Shown here: in pieces, positions 7,397-12,210 of the stretch
Numbering within the stretch: the stretch's first letter is position 1
Layout of the letters: the number at the start of each line of letters is the position of its first letter
From: Candidatus Krumholzibacteriia bacterium
GTDB taxonomy: Bacteria > Krumholzibacteriota > Krumholzibacteriia > WVZY01
Length of the DNA stretch: 12,210 bases
Assembly (NCBI GenBank): GCA_046754105.1
Contig: JBHHVD010000092.1
Location: 1 to 12,210 of the forward strand
Direction of reading: 5' to 3'
Notes under the pieces: generated by a model
What the model was told of the DNA's origin: nothing
The model's database searches: none
What the model saw: only the letters and a program-made list of their open reading frames with translations
Translations under genes and position numbers: made by a program

Positions 7397-8086
7397 TTAG
7401 AGGGTCGTGTACGCGGCCTGGACCAGCTTCAGCAACCCGCCCGACAGCAGGGTCCACGGCAGCCAGATGATGATCCGTATCACTCCCGTCCATAGCAGCG
7501 CGAGCAGAATAAAAAAACCGTAGGGTCGAATCGCGGCCAGCATCTGGGCGTAACGAGACGGCAGGTAGCGAAAGAGAATCCAGTGCCCGTCCAGCGGTGG
7601 CACCGGGATGAGATTGAAAATCCCCAGCACGCAGTTGATACGGATCATGGAGTCGCACAACGACGTAAAGAAGAGAAGCGAGTTGCCACCGCCGCCGCTC
7701 GCCAGACCGGGGACGTGCTTGTATACGAGAAGGACTACGATGTAGAGCAGCGTACCGGCCACGGCCAGCAGAAAATTGGATATCGGCCCCGCGGCGGCCA
7801 CGTAAGCGTTGTGAACGATCGGATTCTTGAGGTTCGCCGAATTGACCGGGACCGGCCTGGCCCAACCGATGAACGGAATGTTGCTGATAAATGCAAACAG
7901 CGGCAGTATGACGCTGCCGACCGGGTCGATGTGGGGCAGCGGGTTCATCGTGATGCGCCCGGCGGCCCGCGCTGTCAGGTCGCCGTATTTCTCGGCCGCC
8001 AGGCCGTGCGCGTTCTCGTGCACGACCACGGAGAACACGAAGACCATGAACCCAACCAGCGTTTGCAGTACCTGTTCGGGGCTCAA
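7397..8086 (-). CDS. Site-2 protease family (M50) intramembrane metalloprotease (229 aa)
   Basis: HENAH (HExxH), GRITMNPLPHIDPVG, GWARPVPVN, AAAGPISN and FNLIPVPPLDG, with a TTG start. Confidence 0.92.
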   Translation of the reverse strand: MSPEQVLQTLVGFMVFVFSVVVHENAHGLAAEKYGDLTARAAGRITMNPLPHIDPVGSVILPLFAFISNIPFIGWARPVPVNSANLKNPIVHNAYVAAAGPISNFLLAVAGTLLYIVVLLVYKHVPGLASGGGGNSLLFFTSLCDSMIRINCVLGIFNLIPVPPLDGHWILFRYLPSRYAQMLAAIRPYGFFILLALLWTGVIRIIIWLPWTLLSGGLLKLVQAAYTTL

Positions 8087-8180
8087 ATGCGATTCCCGTT
8101 CGAGTTGTGTGTCACCGGGCCCGTGTGCCCGTCCCGGAATTTCGCCTGCCTGCTTGTCAGGCGCGGGCGGGAACGTAGCG

Positions 8181-8993
8181 CTAGCGCACCTTCAGAATCT
8201 TGTGACACTGGGGTATGACCCGCGCGCTGCGCAGGTGCATGAGCGCGAACCGCTGGCCCTCTTCGAGCAGCCAGCCCAGTACTTTTCGCGCCTCGGGACC
8301 TTTCAAATTCTTCAGCGTCGTGCTCTCCGGCTGCAGCACCACCGGCAGGTCGCGATCCACCGATGCAATCAGTTTCACCGCTCGTTTGATTTCCTCCAGC
8401 GGCGTCGGCGCATCGACGATGACCTTGATAAAGGACGTTTTGCCCGGCAGGTAGGTAAGAAACTCGCGGTGCTCCTCCCAGTGGGATTTGCCCGTGGCGT
8501 GGGGAAGCTTGATGTCCATCGCGATGACATCGACATGCGGGCGAACCTTGCGCAATCCCCATATCTCGAGCCCGTTCGTCTCGAGGTAGACGCGGAGTTT
8601 CTTGCGGCGCAGCCTCTTTGCGATCGAGGCCACGAAATCCGGTTGCTCGAGGGGCTCGCCTCCGGTGATGCTTACCGTCCCGACCGGACCAAGATGCTCG
8701 ATGAGCGCCATCGTTTCCTCGACGACTCTTTCGGTACTCATAGGGTTGGGCAGCATCCGTTTCGTCAGCCCGTGGATCGCGCACTTGTCCAGTTCTTCCT
8801 TGCCGGCGACCGTGTCGCACCAGTAACAGGTCGCCTTGCACCCTGCGATCCGCAAGAACACCTGCCGCTCGCCGACGAACAGACCCTCGCCTTGTAACGA
8901 GCAAAACATCTCGGCCACGTACCCCGCGTCCATTCCCGGGGCACGAACCGGCCTGGAAACCCGCCCGCGATCTGCGTGGATATTCTTGTCCAT
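8181..8993 (-). CDS. queE: 7-carboxy-7-deazaguanine synthase, radical SAM (about 270 aa)
   Basis: EMFCSLQGEG...QVFLR..GCKATCYWCDT (CxxxCxxC), SITGGEPL, YLETNG, MDIKLP and C-terminal PQCHK, in the same cluster as queC. The start is uncertain (GTG 9002, ATG 8993 or ATG 8933). Confidence 0.92.
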   Translation of the reverse strand: MDKNIHADRGRVSRPVRAPGMDAGYVAEMFCSLQGEGLFVGERQVFLRIAGCKATCYWCDTVAGKEELDKCAIHGLTKRMLPNPMSTERVVEETMALIEHLGPVGTVSITGGEPLEQPDFVASIAKRLRRKKLRVYLETNGLEIWGLRKVRPHVDVIAMDIKLPHATGKSHWEEHREFLTYLPGKTSFIKVIVDAPTPLEEIKRAVKLIASVDRDLPVVLQPESTTLKNLKGPEARKVLGWLLEEGQRFALMHLRSARVIPQCHKILKVR

Positions 8994-9005
8994 CGGTCTC
9001 ACCCG

Positions 9006-9557
9006 TTATGAAACGTCTCGCACCTTACCCTCGGCGTGGAGACAGGACGACAGTTCCTTGCGATAGCGCCCGAGCAGCTCTTCGAGAAGCCGCCTGGGAT
9101 CGATGTCCAGCTCGCTCAGGCCGACGGCGGGCACCGGCGCACCGCGGGGAATCACGTTGATCCCGAGGTGAATTACGTTCGAACCCGGCGCCGGCGCCGC
9201 GATGGACACGGTGAGCTTGCGCTCGTCAATGTAAACGTCATCGCCTTCGCGCCGCACCCGGCACCCCCTCTCCGTTAGCATCTCGCAGAGCAGACAAACC
9301 AGCAACCGTTGCCGGAGCACCGCGGTTCTCAGGCTGCAGCGGGGGTGCTCGACGATTACGTGGGCCATCGACTCACTGCGAATGAATGCACCCGCCCGGC
9401 GGTCGTCCAGGTCGACCAGATCCGCGTTGTCGACGTGGCACGGACCGAGGAAGGCGACCGCCGCGTCCCCACGGCAGCCCGTCTGGGCTTCGACCCACTT
9501 CGACCGCAGCTCGCGCCCGGTGTAGGGGATTTCTTCGTCGATAATCCGGAATTCCAT
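9006..9557 (-). CDS. DUF366-like protein of unknown function (183 aa)
   Basis: Pattern YTGRELRS.W...GDAAVAFLGPC.V....VDLDD....FI.S..MAH.IVEH....AVLRQRLLV...R.GDDVY...KLTVSIA....IHLGINV matches my recollection of DUF366. GGAG lies upstream of ATG 9557. The track's longer start overlaps queC and is unlikely. Confidence 0.8.
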   Translation of the reverse strand: MEFRIIDEEIPYTGRELRSKWVEAQTGCRGDAAVAFLGPCHVDNADLVDLDDRRAGAFIRSESMAHVIVEHPRCSLRTAVLRQRLLVCLLCEMLTERGCRVRREGDDVYIDERKLTVSIAAPAPGSNVIHLGINVIPRGAPVPAVGLSELDIDPRRLLEELLGRYRKELSSCLHAEGKVRDVS

Positions 9558-9600
9558 GATTCTCTCCACCGCCGGCGCGGGCGGCTCCTGCGGCGGGCCG

Positions 9601-10290
9601 CTACGCATCGAACTCGATCGGCGGTTTCTCGTCTTCCGACAGCCGATCGAGTGCCCCGCGCAATCGCCTGCACGACGCGCAGGCGCCGCACATGCGGGAC
9701 CCTGCAAGGTAGCAACTCCATACGACCGACAGCGGCGCGCCGAGCCGCACGCCAAGCCGCAGAATCCCGCGCTTGTCCAGTCCCTGCGTGAAGCTCCGCA
9801 CGCGGACGCCGCTGCGCGTTGACAATTCCAGGGCCGCGTCCACGCGCGTGACGTATTCCGCGCTGTTATCGGGGAACTCCGCCGCCTCTTCCCGATTGAA
9901 TCCCGTCACCACCACATCACACCCATAGCTTTCTGCGAACGCCGCCGCCACGTTCAGGAACACACCGTTGCGGTTCGGTATCCAGACGGCGTCGAGCGTG
10001 TCGAGCGGCGCGCTGTCGCCCTGCCCGGCTTCACGGTTCTCCGGCGTGGCGCACATGCCCTGCGGCGAGATCGATCCGAGCCATTCGACGTCAACCTCCC
10101 GCATCGGCAGTCCGTAATAATCCACCACCGCCATCACGGCCCCACGCTCCCTGGCAAGTGCGCGCTGGGCGTAATTCATGAAAAGAACCAGCCGCACCTC
10201 CAGTTCTTCCCTGGCGCCGGCGAGCGAGACAACCGAATCGAGCCCGCCGCTGACCAGCGCGATTGCTCGTCTGCCGGAGTGATGAGTCAA
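9601..10290 (-). CDS. queC: 7-cyano-7-deazaguanine (preQ0) synthase (229 aa)
   Basis: PP-loop SGGLDS, YAQR...E, WIPNRN and Zn site WSCY-x6-CGACASC. AGGAG lies 5 nt upstream of TTG 10290. Confidence 0.92.
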   Translation of the reverse strand: MTHHSGRRAIALVSGGLDSVVSLAGAREELEVRLVLFMNYAQRALARERGAVMAVVDYYGLPMREVDVEWLGSISPQGMCATPENREAGQGDSAPLDTLDAVWIPNRNGVFLNVAAAFAESYGCDVVVTGFNREEAAEFPDNSAEYVTRVDAALELSTRSGVRVRSFTQGLDKRGILRLGVRLGAPLSVVWSCYLAGSRMCGACASCRRLRGALDRLSEDEKPPIEFDA

Positions 10291-10346
10291 AACGGCTCCT
10301 CGAGATAGTAACAGAAAAGTTGGGCTGGTTGTCCGCCGGCGCCCAG

Positions 10347-10375
10347 ACTCTAGCGATTCAAAATCCTGAAAGCAA
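10347..10375 (-). promoter_or_regulatory. Candidate sigma-70 promoter for queC-DUF366-queE
   Basis: Minus strand TTGCTT-17 bp-TAGAGT, with the -10 about 56 bp upstream of the queC start. Confidence 0.55.
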
Positions 10376-10486
10376 CCGCATTTGCGGGAGCGAATAATGG
10401 GAAAAAAGCTGCCACGCCACCGGAGAATTGCACATTGTCGACACGGCCCGCGACCCCACGGCACCGGCCCGGCTCTGTCCGTATGC

Positions 10487-10513
10487 GCAACTCATTTATG
10501 TACAATAGATTAC
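10487..10513. promoter_or_regulatory. AT-rich, IHF-site-like imperfect palindrome
   Basis: GCAACTCATTTATGTACAATAGATTAC partially matches WATCAANNNNTTR on both strands and ends about 35 bp upstream of the sigma-54-type motif. Confidence 0.4.
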
Positions 10514-10548
10514 AAGTTGTTCTGCGAAGTCGCTTTTTCGTGCCGACG

Positions 10549-10565
10549 CTGGTACGCGATTCGCT
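10549..10565 (+). promoter_or_regulatory. Candidate sigma-54 (-24/-12) promoter
   Basis: CTGGTACGCGATTCGCT has exact GG-N10-GC spacing and ends 56 bp upstream of ATG 10622. Confidence 0.55.
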
Positions 10566-10621
10566 TCAGGCCCCTAATAGCTACTCGTGTGTCCATCGAC
10601 CGGTTGGGAAAAATATTCACA

Positions 10622-12210
10622 ATGAGCACAAAAACAACAGAGATTCTGGAAAAGGTCTCGCAGGATCGGGGCAAGGGTGATTATCCCAGGGCCCTGAAGC
10701 GGCTGCGTGAAGGTATCGACAGGTACCCGACAGAGCCCGCGTTCTACCAGGAGGCGATGGAGATCGCGCTCGAGTCCGGCGAGACGCTGGCCGCCATCGA
10801 TTTTTTCAAAAAGGCCATGCGCAAACTGCCGGAGCGCGCCGGGCGCCTGTGGGATTTTGCCGCGGACAAGGTGCGCGCACTCAATGACCCCATCCTGTGC
10901 AAGTTCCTCGTAGACCTCGCCATCAAGAAACGGGATCTGAAATCGGCGGAAACCGCGCTAGCTGGGTTGAAGAATCACACGGCCGTCGAGCTGCTCAAGC
11001 GAACGCAGACCAAGATCCAGAGTATGAGCTCCGCCGTGAACAACGGGTTCGCCTTCAAGGGCGAGATCGTCGCCGGGGCCCTTGCGGAAGGGATGTTGTG
11101 TCTCCGGGCCAAGCGGTTCCAGCACGGCGTCAAAGCATTTCTGCGCATCCTCGATGAAAAGCCCGTCGAACAAGAAGTGTTGACGCCGTTCTTCGCCCAC
11201 CTCGAGAAGAAATATCCCCGCCAGGGGGGAATCTCCTACGTGTTGGGCTGCTGCTACCTGGCAGATGAGAAATACGTCAAAGCGTTTCCCAAGCTCTGCC
11301 AGGGGGCATCGCTGGCGCCCTCTCTGGCCGAAGACGCCATTTCCCGACTCGAGGCCGTCAAGGACCGGCCGTCGGTTCCCCAGGAAGAAATCAACGTTAG
11401 CCTGGCACGGCTGTTCATCGTCAAGGGTGACGACTTCTGCGCCGCCGAACGCTTTGGTGCGGTGTTGGAGAAGAACATGAGCCGGGCTCCGGTCATCCTC
11501 GATATCCTCAAACCATTCGTCCAGGACGGCCGCGACAGTCTCGTGCTGGACTACGTGTTCATGGATGCCGCCCTACTCGCGCAAAGGCCCGAAACGGCGC
11601 TCGTGCATATGAAGAAAATCGGCCGCGACCGCCGGTTGCGAAATGAACTGCTCGGGTGGATGGATAAGAAATCACAGGAACAGGCGCTGTCCGTCGACAT
11701 TCTCAGCTACTACGCCGAATTGGCGCTCGACCAGGGTCGTTTTGAGAGAGCGGTAGAGGTTTTTCGTGAAGTGGTCGCGCTTTCGCCCGCCGACGCACGC
11801 GTGGCCGCGGCCATCCTCGAGCGTCACCGCGCCGAGCCGGCGGTCCAGGATTTCTACAACGACCTCGGTGCCATGAGACCGGAAGTCAAGCCTACGACGG
11901 GTGGTTTCGAAATCGAGCACTACGGCGGACGTGAGTTCACGCTGGACTCCAACGAACCGGGTGCGCCCCCGCCGCCGGTCGGGGAGACCCCACCGCCATC
12001 TCCCGAGGCGGGTCCCAACGACAGAGGCAGCGAGCGAGAAAACCCCGCGATCGTTCTGGAGCACACGACGGATATCCCGGATGACACGTCCGATCCGGCA
12101 CCCGGTGCGGAGCCGAGTCCCGAAGCCGCCGAGTCACCCACCCTCGAACCACCGGGCGGGGAGCAAGCCCCGATCGAACGGGAAGAGCCGATCGTGCCAC
12201 CGCCACCGCC
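10622..12210 (+). CDS. Large TPR-like helical-repeat protein with Pro/Glu/Asp-rich segment (partial, at least 529 aa; absent from ORF track)
   Basis: Hand translation from ATG 10622 (MSTKTTEILEKVSQDRGKGDYPRALKRLREGIDRYP...) has no stop before the window end. TPR-like segments include ISYVLGCCYLADEKYVKAFPKL and YYAELALDQGRFERAVEVFREVVALSP. Low-complexity P/E/D-rich sequence begins at about 11948. Confidence 0.88.
   Translation, partial: MSTKTTEILEKVSQDRGKGDYPRALKRLREGIDRYPTEPAFYQEAMEIALESGETLAAIDFFKKAMRKLPERAGRLWDFAADKVRALNDPILCKFLVDLAIKKRDLKSAETALAGLKNHTAVELLKRTQTKIQSMSSAVNNGFAFKGEIVAGALAEGMLCLRAKRFQHGVKAFLRILDEKPVEQEVLTPFFAHLEKKYPRQGGISYVLGCCYLADEKYVKAFPKLCQGASLAPSLAEDAISRLEAVKDRPSVPQEEINVSLARLFIVKGDDFCAAERFGAVLEKNMSRAPVILDILKPFVQDGRDSLVLDYVFMDAALLAQRPETALVHMKKIGRDRRLRNELLGWMDKKSQEQALSVDILSYYAELALDQGRFERAVEVFREVVALSPADARVAAAILERHRAEPAVQDFYNDLGAMRPEVKPTTGGFEIEHYGGREFTLDSNEPGAPPPPVGETPPPSPEAGPNDRGSERENPAIVLEHTTDIPDDTSDPAPGAEPSPEAAESPTLEPPGGEQAPIEREEPIVPPPP

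Noticed and set aside
7827..8897. 356-aa plus-strand ORF and other overlapping short ORFs in the track
   Set aside because: They lie antisense or out of frame to well-supported genes and have no motifs or convincing RBS.
8181..10290. que genes as a Dpd DNA-modification island or QueC-based anti-phage system
   Set aside because: There are no dpdA/tgt-like, QatABD or CBASS genes and no mobility signs. QueC is normal length and the context is housekeeping.
10291..10346. Possible preQ1 riboswitch or attenuator upstream of queC
   Set aside because: It does not match the preQ1-I hairpin plus A-rich tail. The TGGGC/GCCCA stem is short, and its 5' arm lies at or before the predicted TSS.
11948..12210. 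CCG/CCA-rich low-complexity DNA as a repeat array
   Set aside because: It is explained by proline-rich coding sequence and has no regular repeat-spacer period.

Overview
This is a GC-rich bacterial chromosomal window made mostly of housekeeping genes. I see no mobile element, CRISPR array, rRNA or tRNA. From left to right it holds: a structured inverted-repeat element (83-201); an MtnX-like HAD phosphatase translationally coupled behind an S41/CtpA protease (-); thymidylate kinase (+); a minus-strand run of HU/IHF, threonine aldolase, RsmI and a PIP-synthase-like CDP-alcohol phosphatidyltransferase; a stand-alone FN3 lipoprotein gene (+) with a sigma-54-type promoter, structured leader and terminator; a minus-strand queC - DUF366-like - queE cluster followed by a site-2 protease; and a long TPR-like ORF (10622 to beyond 12210, +). 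That last ORF is missing from the supplied track and lies behind a second sigma-54-type promoter. The best candidate for an under-described system is the 7-deazaguanine cluster: it has no local queD, a DUF366-like protein sits between queC and queE, and QueC carries FPDN instead of the usual YPDC motif. All family calls come from recognising motifs by eye, not from database searches.
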